From a bacterium (GTDB lineage: Bacteria; Sysuimicrobiota; Sysuimicrobiia; Sysuimicrobiales; Kaftiobacteriaceae): 61,602 nucleotides of DNA. Positions 52,825-61,602 of the stretch are shown here, piece by piece. A program made the position numbers and the translations under genes. Each line of letters opens with the position of its first letter. Position 1 is the first letter of the stretch. Below the pieces are notes generated by a model. The model searched no databases. It had not been told where the DNA came from and worked only from the letters and a program-made list of their open reading frames with translations. The DNA lies in contig DASWFZ010000098.1 in NCBI GenBank assembly GCA_036393975.1, positions 1-61,602 of the forward strand. Direction: 5' to 3'.

Positions 52825-55800
52825 ATGGCTGAAGAACGCCGACTGGTCACGATACTCTTTGCGGACGTCACAGGGTCCACCGCCCTTGGTGAAAACTCTC
52901 GACCCAGAAGATGTTCGCGCCCTCATAGCCCAGTTCTTCGCGATTTGCAAGGAAGTCATTACCACCCATGGAGGCACACTCGAGAAATTCATCGGGGACG
53001 CGGTGATGGCCGTCTTTGGTCTTTCGCAGGCGCATGGCGATGACGGCCAGCGGGCCCTTAGCGCCGCGCTGGAGTTGCGGGATCGCGTGAAGCAGGATCC
53101 AACGCTGCGAGAACGGCTGCCTATCCGCATGGGCGTCAACACGGGGGAGGTGGTCGCGGCCCGCGACCCGAGCGCGGGCGACTTTCTAATCACCGGCGAT
53201 CCGGTCAACGTCGCCGCCAGACTGCAGCAGGCTGCAGAACCCTGGACCGTCCTCTGCAGCGAGCGGACGGCCCGCGCGGCGGGCGATGCGTTCATCTTTG
53301 GACAACCGGTCGCACTCGTGACCAAGGGCAAGGCCAAACCGGTCAAGGCAGTCTCCGTCATCGGACGCGCAGCCCGGGTGGTCCGGAAAGTCCCTCTTAT
53401 CGGGCGGGATACGGAACTCGCCCACTTGGAGCTGGTGACCCGACAGGCGTTTACGCAACGGCGCCCGTTCCTGGTAAATCTGGTCGCTCCCGCTGGAACG
53501 GGCAAAACCCGCCTGCTAGAGGAGTTCCTGGACCGCCTTCCTTCGCTGGTTCCGCATGCGAACGTGGCCATCGCGCAGTGCCTGCCGTATGGGCAACGCC
53601 TGACATACTGGCCGCTCCGCGCCGTTCTGTTTCGCATCGTGGGGATTCAAGAGGATGCACCTCCCGATCGGATTCGCGCTGCCGTTGCCGCATGGTGCCA
53701 CGACGCCGGCGTGGAGCAGCCTCAACGGATGGCCGACATGCTCGCCGCTACCGTCGGAGCCGCGGAACTCGAAGCCATCGACCGAGACGCTCTGTTCGGG
53801 GCCTGGCGAACTCTAGTCGAAGCAGCCTCGCGCCGGCGGCCACTCGTGCTGGCGTTTGAGGACCTTCATTGGTCGAGCGAGACCCTCCTCGATTTGGTCG
53901 AGTTCGTCATGCAGCCGCGGGGTGATTCCTCCGTTCTCATCATCGCCCTAGCCCGGCCCGAACTGTTGGACCGCCGTCCCGGGTGGGGCGGCGGACGACG
54001 GAACTATGTCTCCCTCGCGCTCGAGCCGCTTCCCGACACGGCGGTCGAGGCGCTGGTGGAGCATTTGTTGGGCCGGCCGTCATCACAAGTCGTCGCGCGA
54101 GTGGTCGAGCGCGCTGATGGCAACCCGTTCTATGCCGGCGAAACCGTCCGCGCGATCATGGACCGGGTCCCGTCCCTAGATGATGAAACCACCCTTTCGC
54201 GCACGCTCGCAGAACTCCCCGACACCGTCCAGGCGACCGTACTGGCGCGCCTCGATTTGCTCCACCCGGCCGAGCGTCGGGTGCTGCAGCTGGGCGCGGT
54301 TTTCGGGCGAACCTTCCGGACTCCCGGAATCGCGGCGCTCGATCGCACCCTTGCCGGACAGGTCACCGGTCTGGCGGACCGCCTGATGGCGCGAGACCTC
54401 ATCCGGCCGGACGGACGCGGACCGGTTCACGTTTAGGCACATCCTCATCCGCGAAGTCGCGTATCAAACGTTGCCGCGGGCCGAGCGCGCTAGTCTTCAC
54501 GCCATCGCCGGAGAATGGCTCGAAGCACAGGCAGCCGGCAGAGAAGATGCCCTGGCGAGTTGATCGCCTACCATTACCGGGAAGCGGCGACCTTGGGCTC
54601 GACGTTGCGGCAAGCCGAGACTCACCCGATCCGGGCGCGAGCGGTGCACTGGCTGGGACGGGCTGCCGCCACCGCTCTGGCCGGAGCTGCCCTGGAAGAA
54701 GCCGCGAGACACCTGCGCGCCGCTATCGAGCTTGCCGATTCCACCGATCACCCTGAACTCTACGAACGGCTGGGGGATGTCCATGTCGGTGGAGACGCTA
54801 GCGCGGAGGCGTACGGAACAGCGCTCACGTTATGCAGGGAGGCCGGGCGCCCTCCCGATCAAGAACTGCGGGTTCTCGCCAAGCTCCTTACGGTGCTCAT
54901 GCGCTATCAAGGTTCTGTGGCCTCCAGACCTTCAGACGACACCATGGCGCAGATGCGCGCCGAGGGTCATGCGCTTATGCCGCTGGTCAAAGATCAGCGG
55001 ACGATCGCCGCGTTTCTCGTTGGAGAGGGCTTCTACCCATTCTGGCGGCTGGGGGATGGAACCGCAGAAGATGTGATCTCTGCAGAAGCGAGCGCGCGGC
55101 GCGGTCTCGAAATCGCCGAACGCCTCGACGATGCCAAGTTGCGAAGCACAGCATTGGACGCGATCAGCGGATGCGCTCAAGCCCGAGGGGCGTGGCGGGA
55201 GGTCGTCCCGCTGGCCGAACAGCGACTGGCGTTTCAGGACCGGTTGGATCTCTTCGAACGGATGGACGCGTACGCGATGATGACCTGGGGATCTGTGCTT
55301 GGGGGAGATCTGGACACGGCCGATCGGGTATCCTCTACAGGGCTGGCCCTCCTGCAGCCCGGGCAAGCTTCCACGATGGCGTTGCACCTCGCGGCATGGC
55401 AGATTTATGCGCTGACCCTGCGGGGCAAGTGGGACGACGCGCTGACGACCGCCGCCAAAGCGAAGCGCCTCTGGATCGAAAGCAACCGCATCGCAGCAGG
55501 CTACGCAACGCGGGGTTTTGCCACCGCGCTAGATGTCGCACGGGCGCGGCGGGACGAAAAGACCATCGAAGACCTCAAGGAGATCATCGAGGACATCCTC
55601 CAAAAATTCCGCGCGGCCCGAACCGATGCACCCGTGGTGCTGCGGATCGAGCCATATGCCCGTCTAAACTTCGCAGGCCTGATCCGCTACGTCGAGGCCT
55701 TCTCTTTCCGCCATCTCCCGTCAATCGAGCACTACGAGCGGACGCTCTCGCTGCTCACGGACCATCGACGCCTAGCCTCAGCGGATATTACGCACCGGAT

Positions 55801-56074
55801 AGCCGCGTTCGCCGCTGAGTTCAACTACACGCTTCTCGAAGCGCAGGCGCGGCGGGCCCTGGGCGTAATGGCCAAGAATCGAGAGGAACTCGAGCGGGCT
55901 GTCACCCTCTTCCGCGGAACCGGCGCGGTACCGTATGAAGCGCGCGCCCGTTGTGAACACGCCATCGTCGTGGGCGATGAGAGCGAATTCGTTGATGCAG
56001 AACGCGTCCTGGAACAATTGGGCGACATCGATCAGCTTGAACGCCTCACCGTCGCCCGCAAGAAGACCTCATAG
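52825..56074 (+). pseudogene. Cyclase-AAA/STAND ATPase-TPR gene disrupted by three single-nucleotide frameshifts
   Basis: Segment 1: MAEERRLVTILFADVTGSTALGE (frame 1). Segment 2: after a +1 shift in the A4 run at 52892-52895, TLDPEDVRALIAQFF...KFIGDAVMAVFG...Walker A APAGTGKTRL... (frame 2, stops at 54436). Segment 3: after a +1 shift near 54425, FTFRHILIREVAYQTLPRAERASLHAIAGEWLEAQAAGREDALA. Segment 4: after a -1 shift at 54557, ELIAYHYREAA... then TPR repeats to 56074. Confidence 0.8.
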
Positions 56075-56159
56075 GCGCACGTGACGGGCAGTGCCCTCGC
56101 GGGCAGGAACCCGAGTGGTGGGCTTGAAGTGCTGCGTGACTCCCGACACGAGGATCGCC

Positions 56160-58913
56160 GTGTCCACGCGACCGACCGGCACGGTCACGCTCGTCTTCAC
56201 AGACATCGAGGGATCCACCCGTCTGCTCGCCCAGTTGGGCGATCGTTATGCCGAGCTTCTCGCCGCCTACCGGTCATTGCTACGGAAGACGTTTGGGGAC
56301 TATCGCGGCCATGAGGTGGGGGCAGAAGGCGATTCCCTCTTCTACGCGTTCCCCCGGGCCAAAGATGGGCTGGCCGCGGCCCTGGCTGGCCAACGCAATA
56401 TCGCCTCACACCCATGGCCATCGGACACCAGGCTGCTCGTCCGAATGGGGGTGCACACGGGGGAACCGCTTTCGGTAGCGGCAGGGTACATTGGCCTCGA
56501 CGTCCACCTCGTAGCCCGGATCTGTGCCGCGGGGCACGGCGGGCAGATCTTAGTTTCGCGTACGACCAGAGAGCTGGTGCACGAGGACTCCCCGACGGAG
56601 ACTATCCTGCGCGATCTTGGCGAGCACCGGCTAAAGGACTTTGATCAGCCCCAGCGTCTCTTTCAGGTCGTAGCCCCCGGTTTGCGAGAAACGTTCCCGC
56701 CACTGAAGACATCGGTCATCCTCCGGAACCTCCCAGCGCAGCGGACAACGTTTATCGGCCGAGAGAAAGAGCTCGAGGACATCAAGCAACTCGCCCACAC
56801 TGCGCGTCTCGTCACGCTGACCGGACCGGGAGGAACGGGGAAGACCCGCTTAGCACTTCATGCGGCCGCTGACGTCGCGGACCACTACCCTGATGGGGTA
56901 TGGTGGGTTGACCTGGCCCCGCTATCAGACCCTGCGCTCGTGCCGCACACCATCGTATCGTCTCTGGCCCTGCATCGACTCAACCAGTTCAGCGCTGATC
57001 TCCCGAACTCGCTCGCAGACTACCTGCGCACCAAAACCCTGCTGTTGCTCCTTGATAACTGCGAGCACCTCCTCTCCGGGTGCGCCGAGGTTGCCGACCA
57101 GCTGCTCACCCGATGCCCCCACCTCACGCTGTTCGCCACAAGCCGCGAGGCGTTGGGGATCACAGGAGAGTCGGTGTACATCGTTCCTCCGCTGTCCTTG
57201 CCCGATCCTCGCGAGGCTCTGCGGCCAGAGCACGTCACCCGCTATGAAGCCATCACTCTCTTTGCGGAGCGAGCCGTCGCAGCCGACAGATCATTCAAGA
57301 TCAGTGACCACACTGCTCCTGCAGTCGTCCGGATCTGCACGCGGCTGGACGGGATGCCGCTCGCCATTGAGATGGCCGCCGCGCGGGTGCGGGTCCTTTC
57401 CGTGGATGACATCGCGTCGCGCTTGGACGACCGCTTTCGCTTGCTCACCGGCGGGAGCCGGACCGCTCTGCCACGCCATCAGACATTGCGGGCAACGCTG
57501 GACTGGAGTTTCGCCCTCCTCTCGGGAGATGAACAAGTGCTGTTTCGCCGGCTGGCCGTATTCTCCGGGGGGGCGACGCTCGAAGCGGTCGAGGCGGTCT
57601 GCTGCGGAGGCAAGGTGGACGAAGCCCACGTCTTCGAGCTCCTGACACAGCTGGTCGAGAAGTCATTGGTGATCCGACAGGGCCACAATGGGCAGAGCCG
57701 ATTCCGGATGCTGGAAACCATTCGGGAGTATGCGCGCGGCAAGATGTCAGAGGCGGCGGAATCGGAGGGGATTGCTGCCCAACACCTCGCCTATTTCTCC
57801 CGGCAGGCCCTCGCCATTGAGCAGGCATCGGTGGCCTTTGATCCGTGGCTGGAGCAGATGGACACGGAAAACGAGAATCTGCGGACGGCTCTGGAGTGGG
57901 CGCGTGAACACCAGGCGCACGAGGTTTTTGTGGAGATGGCCACCGCGCTGTGGCGCTTCTGGTTCCACCGGGGCCACTTGATGGAAGGGCGGCAAACATT
58001 GGAACGCGCGCTCAGTAATCCCGACACACCGCCCCAGCTACGGGCGAAGGCCCTGAACGGCGCCGCCTACCTGACGATGTGGATGGATGAGTACAAACAG
58101 GCGGCAGGCCTGTGCGAACAAAGCTTCGCCCTCTCTCGCCCCCTCGGCGATGCGGAGACGATGGCGCTCTCGGCCGCCATCGGAGGCCACGCCGTCTGGC
58201 ACACCGGCGACGAGAAGAAAGGTCTCGCGTTGGGTGAGGACGGTCTAGTCCTTGCTCGGAAGACCGGAAATCCGCAGACGATGCTCTGGGCCCTGCGCGA
58301 GTATTCCTACGTGTTATGGCACATGGGGGCCATCGATCAAGGGGAGCCGGTGTTTGCGGAATACCTCACCGTCGCGCGCCAGGTGAGAAACAGCCCTGCC
58401 GCAGTCGACGGGCTTCGCCTGCTGGCCGAAGCCGCGGTCCACCGTGGCCAGTACGCGCGCGCGGTCCAGTTGTGCGAAGAAGCTCTGGCGATTTCGTTGC
58501 TCCAAAATGATCGCATCATCGGATCAGTGTTGCGAGTGTGCTTGGGAAACGCGCTCCTGGCCGAGGGGGAGTACGGACGCGCCGGAAGAGTGTATGCAGA
58601 AACGTTGCCCGAGTTGGAGGTCGTCTGGCAGAAGTGGTGGCTGGCACGCTGCCTGGAAGGACTCGCCCGCGTTTTCTCCGCCCGCCAGCGTTACGCAGAC
58701 TCGATCCGTTTACTCGGGGCCGCGGACGCAATCCGGGAATCGGTAGGGCCAGCGCCGCCCTCCGATCAAACGTTCTTAGCGAAAGCTCGTGCCGCGGCCA
58801 TGGAGGTCCTGGGAGCGGATGCGTTCAGTGCGACCTGGGCCGAGGGGCGAGCGCTGCCCGTGAGAGGGGCGATCGAGATCGCCAAAGGCGCGAACGCCGC
58901 GGAAGGGTCGTGA
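56160..58913 (+). CDS. Adenylate/guanylate cyclase domain - NB-ARC/AAA (STAND) ATPase - TPR protein (intact paralogue)
   Basis: TGTVTLVFTDIEGSTRLLAQLGDRY ... EGDSLFYAF ... RMGVHTGE (class III cyclase fold). Walker A LTGPGGTGKTRLAL. ~450 aa of TPR-like repeats ending ATWAEGRALPVRGAIEIA. The GTG at 56160 has an ACGAGGA RBS. The ORF is open from 56091. Confidence 0.8.
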   Translation: MSTRPTGTVTLVFTDIEGSTRLLAQLGDRYAELLAAYRSLLRKTFGDYRGHEVGAEGDSLFYAFPRAKDGLAAALAGQRNIASHPWPSDTRLLVRMGVHTGEPLSVAAGYIGLDVHLVARICAAGHGGQILVSRTTRELVHEDSPTETILRDLGEHRLKDFDQPQRLFQVVAPGLRETFPPLKTSVILRNLPAQRTTFIGREKELEDIKQLAHTARLVTLTGPGGTGKTRLALHAAADVADHYPDGVWWVDLAPLSDPALVPHTIVSSLALHRLNQFSADLPNSLADYLRTKTLLLLLDNCEHLLSGCAEVADQLLTRCPHLTLFATSREALGITGESVYIVPPLSLPDPREALRPEHVTRYEAITLFAERAVAADRSFKISDHTAPAVVRICTRLDGMPLAIEMAAARVRVLSVDDIASRLDDRFRLLTGGSRTALPRHQTLRATLDWSFALLSGDEQVLFRRLAVFSGGATLEAVEAVCCGGKVDEAHVFELLTQLVEKSLVIRQGHNGQSRFRMLETIREYARGKMSEAAESEGIAAQHLAYFSRQALAIEQASVAFDPWLEQMDTENENLRTALEWAREHQAHEVFVEMATALWRFWFHRGHLMEGRQTLERALSNPDTPPQLRAKALNGAAYLTMWMDEYKQAAGLCEQSFALSRPLGDAETMALSAAIGGHAVWHTGDEKKGLALGEDGLVLARKTGNPQTMLWALREYSYVLWHMGAIDQGEPVFAEYLTVARQVRNSPAAVDGLRLLAEAAVHRGQYARAVQLCEEALAISLLQNDRIIGSVLRVCLGNALLAEGEYGRAGRVYAETLPELEVVWQKWWLARCLEGLARVFSARQRYADSIRLLGAADAIRESVGPAPPSDQTFLAKARAAAMEVLGADAFSATWAEGRALPVRGAIEIAKGANAAEGS

Positions 58914-58933
58914 CCACCGTGAGGAATGTGCTC

Positions 58934-59023
58934 TGGCGGAGGGGGTGGGACTCGAACCCACAAGGGGCTTTCACCCCGCCGGTTTTCGAGACCGGTCCCT
59001 TAGCCAGTTCGGGGCACCCCTCC
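58934..59023 (-). tRNA. tRNA-Ser (anticodon CGA), long variable arm, CCA encoded
   Basis: The reverse complement folds as acceptor GGAGGGG/CCCCTCC, anticodon stem CCGGT/ACCGG with loop CTCGAAA, variable arm GGGG-TGAAAG-CCCC, and T arm GTGGG-TTCGAGT-CCCAC. 90 nt. Confidence 0.9.
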
Positions 59024-59074
59024 ATCGGTCCCGATTATAGTCGATCGATGGCGCCCTGCACGGAAGTGAGCGGT

Positions 59075-60040
59075 CTACGGCGCGCTAAACGCGGTGGGGA
59101 GAGGGAGCAAGGTGACGTCCGGCCGCCGGTGGCGGAGTCGCAGGAACCGGCTGACGCCGAGGGGTTCGTTGCCGTTCCCGTGCACAAGAATGAAACTTCC
59201 GTCCCGGGCCCGCTGCCCTTTGGCGAGCCACGCGTCTGAGCCGATGGGAATCAGCGACAAAGCGCGCAGCTGTTCGACCATCTCGCCGTTAGAGACCAGC
59301 CCGGGAAAGCGGAAGAACGGAGAGGGGATGAGTCCGCGCTCGAGCAACGCCACCTCAGTCCGCAGCACCTGCGCTTGGAAGTCGACTCCGGGGGACAAGA
59401 GGAAGTTGTTATCAGCCGGGATGTTGGGCGTGTACGGATGATCGTAGGAGTGATTGACCCACGTGATCGCGAGATGGTTATCTCGGACCTGCTCTTTGAG
59501 CCAGGTCAGGTCTTGAGGGTGATGCTCCATCCACTGTCCGGTAATCGCGACCGCAACCGGGAGGGGGGTCATCGGCGGAGCCCCCTCCTCCAGCATCTGT
59601 TGGAACAGGGTACGATCCATCGGTTTGGTCGTGGGACACAGATCTACTGTTAGGTAAATCCCGTCCACCGAATGCGTGGCGTGGATCGCGCCGTAGTTCC
59701 GCAGGTGGTACGGCGGGGCCGTGTACCGCAGCAACGCATGACCGAACGGTGTCTCCCGGAGTTCGTCGAAAGTGGCCGGGCCGTCCAAGGCGACCGCAGA
59801 TGCGCGCGTCACAGATGACTCGAACGTCTGCGGGTTGACCAGAAGGAAGTAGGAGGTCCCTCCGCGCACAAACCGCCGCACTGCAATGAAGCGGCTTCCC
59901 GACGGCGCGTGCACCCACTGGAAGCTGACCCGATAATCCGCCATCCCGTCCGAGCGGACTTTCGCATCGGACACGGGTAGAGGCAGCACGAGCAAGAGAA
60001 GCACCGCTGCATGCACTATTCGTGCGATCAGCCGACCCAT
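59075..60040 (-). CDS. Polysaccharide deacetylase-like (NodB-homology) secreted protein
   Basis: Signal peptide MGRLIARIVHAAVLLLLVLPLPVSDA. VNHSYDHPYT resembles the NodB H-S-x-x-H zinc motif. The ORF-track start at 60226 would overlap the upstream gene. Confidence 0.55.
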   Translation of the reverse strand: MGRLIARIVHAAVLLLLVLPLPVSDAKVRSDGMADYRVSFQWVHAPSGSRFIAVRRFVRGGTSYFLLVNPQTFESSVTRASAVALDGPATFDELRETPFGHALLRYTAPPYHLRNYGAIHATHSVDGIYLTVDLCPTTKPMDRTLFQQMLEEGAPPMTPLPVAVAITGQWMEHHPQDLTWLKEQVRDNHLAITWVNHSYDHPYTPNIPADNNFLLSPGVDFQAQVLRTEVALLERGLIPSPFFRFPGLVSNGEMVEQLRALSLIPIGSDAWLAKGQRARDGSFILVHGNGNEPLGVSRFLRLRHRRPDVTLLPLPTAFSAP

Positions 60041-60155
60041 AGCCCGTCCCTTCACCGTCCGCGCGGGACCCCTAAACGATCGCGCGGGCTGTGCCCACCC
60101 ACTACCCGACCCCTCAGGTAACCTCTCACCTTCTGTGTACCCCCCGTGCAACGAC

Positions 60156-61529
60156 TCAGACGGTGATCCGCTGGCCGCGCTCAGGAACAGCAGCCTCGAC
60201 ACCAAGCGTCCGAAGGTGAGCGACAAGAGCTGACGCCTGCGCTTCTTCGCCGTGGACGAGGAAGACCCGACCGAGGTGCGGAATCGCCCGCACCCATCCT
60301 ATCAGATCGTCTCGGTCCCCGTGCGCGCTGAACGCCTCGATCTTCTGTACCTGGAGTCGCACCTGGTGGGGTTCGCCAAAGACGTTCACCGGAGAGACAC
60401 CGTCAGCCAGCCGCCGGCCGAGGGTGTTCGCCGCTTGGAACGACACGATGAGGAGGGCCGATAGAGGATCCTCGATATGATGACGCAGGTGATGGAGGAT
60501 GCGGCCGGATTCACACATCCCCGACGTCGCCATGACAATGAACGGATCCGTCAAGTCATTGAGTTGTTGGGACTCCTGCGCCGATCGGACGTAGCGCAGC
60601 CGCTTAAAACCAAAGGGGTCGCCCTCGCCGCTCAGGTAGGAGCGCGTCTGATCATTGAAGCACTCGGGGTGCGCCCTGAAGATCTCGGTGGCGTCGACCG
60701 CCATCGGGCTGTCCACGAACGTGGGCACGACGGGGATCTGCCCGGCATCCTGGAGGCGGTGCAGAGAATAGGTGAGATCCTGGGTGCGGCCGATCGCAAA
60801 GGCAGGGACCAGCACCTTGCCGCCGCGCGCGATCGCCTGCGCCACGGCGGTGCCCAGCATCTGGTCGCCGTGAGCGATCGTGTCGTGAGTGCGATCCCCA
60901 TAGGTGGACTCCATCAGAACCACATCGCCCGCGGGTGGAACCTCGGCAGCCCGGAGAATCGGGGCGTCGTGGCGGCCCAGGTCGCCGGAAAAGACAAGCG
61001 TGCGCCCATCAACCTCCACGACGACAACTGCCGAGCCCAGGATGTGCCCGGCGTCGTAGAAGGTACACCTCACCCCTCCGATCTGAAACGGTTGCCGGTA
61101 CGGCACAGGGGTGAGGTGGGTGATGGCGCGCTCGGCATCGTCTTCGGTATAGAGCGGCTGGGTAGGGGGCTGGCCGTGTTGCGCGCGTATCTTGTTGACG
61201 AAGCGGATGTCTTGCGCCTGGATCTTGGCGCTGTCGCGCAAGATGAGCGCGGTCAGGTCGCGCGTCGCGGGCGTGCAGTAGATCGCGTTGTGAAATCCCT
61301 GCTGCACTAGTGTCGGCAGGTTCCCGCAGTGGTCTAGGTGGGCGTGGGAGAGCACGACGGCGCCGAGACTGGCGGGAGGAAAGGGAAAATGGCTGTTGAT
61401 CTCAACCGACTCCGCGCGCCGGCCCTGGAACAGGCCGCAGTCCAGCAGGACGCGCTGCTCCCCGCTCTCGACGAGGTGCATCGACCCAGTAACCGTGCGC
61501 ACCGCGCCGAACACTGTGACCGTCGCCAT
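60156..61529 (-). CDS. MBL-fold beta-CASP hydrolase (RNA-metabolising, CPSF/RNase J-like)
   Basis: HxHxDH motif VLSHAHLDHCGNLP. 457 aa. Downstream ...VMESTYGDR... and C-terminal ...FSAHGD... are typical of beta-CASP nucleases. Confidence 0.75.
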   Translation of the reverse strand: MATVTVFGAVRTVTGSMHLVESGEQRVLLDCGLFQGRRAESVEINSHFPFPPASLGAVVLSHAHLDHCGNLPTLVQQGFHNAIYCTPATRDLTALILRDSAKIQAQDIRFVNKIRAQHGQPPTQPLYTEDDAERAITHLTPVPYRQPFQIGGVRCTFYDAGHILGSAVVVVEVDGRTLVFSGDLGRHDAPILRAAEVPPAGDVVLMESTYGDRTHDTIAHGDQMLGTAVAQAIARGGKVLVPAFAIGRTQDLTYSLHRLQDAGQIPVVPTFVDSPMAVDATEIFRAHPECFNDQTRSYLSGEGDPFGFKRLRYVRSAQESQQLNDLTDPFIVMATSGMCESGRILHHLRHHIEDPLSALLIVSFQAANTLGRRLADGVSPVNVFGEPHQVRLQVQKIEAFSAHGDRDDLIGWVRAIPHLGRVFLVHGEEAQASALVAHLRTLGVEAAVPERGQRITV

Positions 61530-61602
61530 AGGCTGCCGTTACCGGATTCGGGAGACGATCAGCGGGGGCCTGTCGAATGAGGTGAGCTGATGAAACTAGT
61601 GA

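Noticed and set aside
54515-56074. The 519-aa ORF listed as starting at 54515, treated as an independent gene.
   Set aside because: Its first 14 codons are out-of-frame read-through. Homology-consistent sequence begins at ELIAYHYREAA and continues directly from the upstream frame-shifted segment. It is the 3' part of the pseudogene 52825-56074.
54832-57645. Alternative-frame ORFs of 328 aa and 261 aa inside the STAND/TPR genes.
   Set aside because: They lie on the same strand as the real genes but out of frame. The in-frame translations give TPR and NB-ARC patterns, whereas these give Arg/Pro/Ser-rich sequence.
1-61602. CRISPR arrays, IS elements or transposases, rRNA genes and prophage structural genes.
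   Set aside because: I saw no regularly spaced short repeats, no DDE or HUH transposase-like ORFs with terminal inverted repeats, no rRNA-like conserved strings, and no capsid, terminase or tail gene patterns in any frame.

Overview
This is a GC-rich bacterial chromosomal segment (GC judged by eye, not computed). It uses the standard genetic code, has GGAGG-type ribosome-binding sites and many 4-nt ATGA/GTGA gene overlaps. I support about 55 protein genes, 2 tRNA genes, several gene remnants and a handful of regulatory-looking sites. No rRNA, CRISPR array, transposase or IS element was seen.

Gene content from left to right:
- A DUF898/YjgN membrane protein with an M48 peptidase.
- A secreted BNR/Asp-box protein bracketed by a diverged repeat of the M48 gene's 3' end.
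- A secreted beta-propeller protein and a PEBP-family protein.
- tRNA-Arg(CCU) at 7074-7149, followed by three direct copies of its own 3' half at 17788, 25455 and 28429.
- Three cargo segments delimited by those copies: (i) a CodA-like amidohydrolase, a GntR/HutC regulator, an argininosuccinate-lyase-like enzyme, a cyclase/formamidase and a five-gene peptide-type ABC importer; (ii) a dead integrase, CUT1 sugar-transporter genes, an EthD protein and ribokinase; (iii) TatA, a ZIP transporter and a Tat-exported two-domain multicopper oxidase.
- A second integrase remnant, then a cyclic-nucleotide cluster: a zinc-ribbon class III cyclase with an in-frame TGA, a stand-alone cNMP-binding protein translationally coupled to a flavoprotein, and a second stand-alone cNMP-binding protein.
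- A split mannitol PTS with mtlD, a VapBC pair, and an amino-sugar cluster (SIS protein, BadF-type kinase, NanE, CUT1 transporter).
- A second CUT1 transporter with two Gfo/Idh/MocA oxidoreductases and mgsA.
- An HTH-TPR regulator followed by a secreted protein.
- Two tandem cyclase-STAND ATPase-TPR genes (one broken by three frameshifts) abutting tRNA-Ser(CGA).
- A polysaccharide-deacetylase-like gene and a beta-CASP MBL hydrolase.

The observations I rate most worth following up are the serially used tRNA-Arg integration site, the cyclase/cNMP-binding/flavoprotein module lying next to it, the TGA at a predicted zinc-ribbon cysteine, and the tandem cyclase-STAND-TPR genes.

All functional calls rest on motifs I could read in the translations. 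No database search was run.
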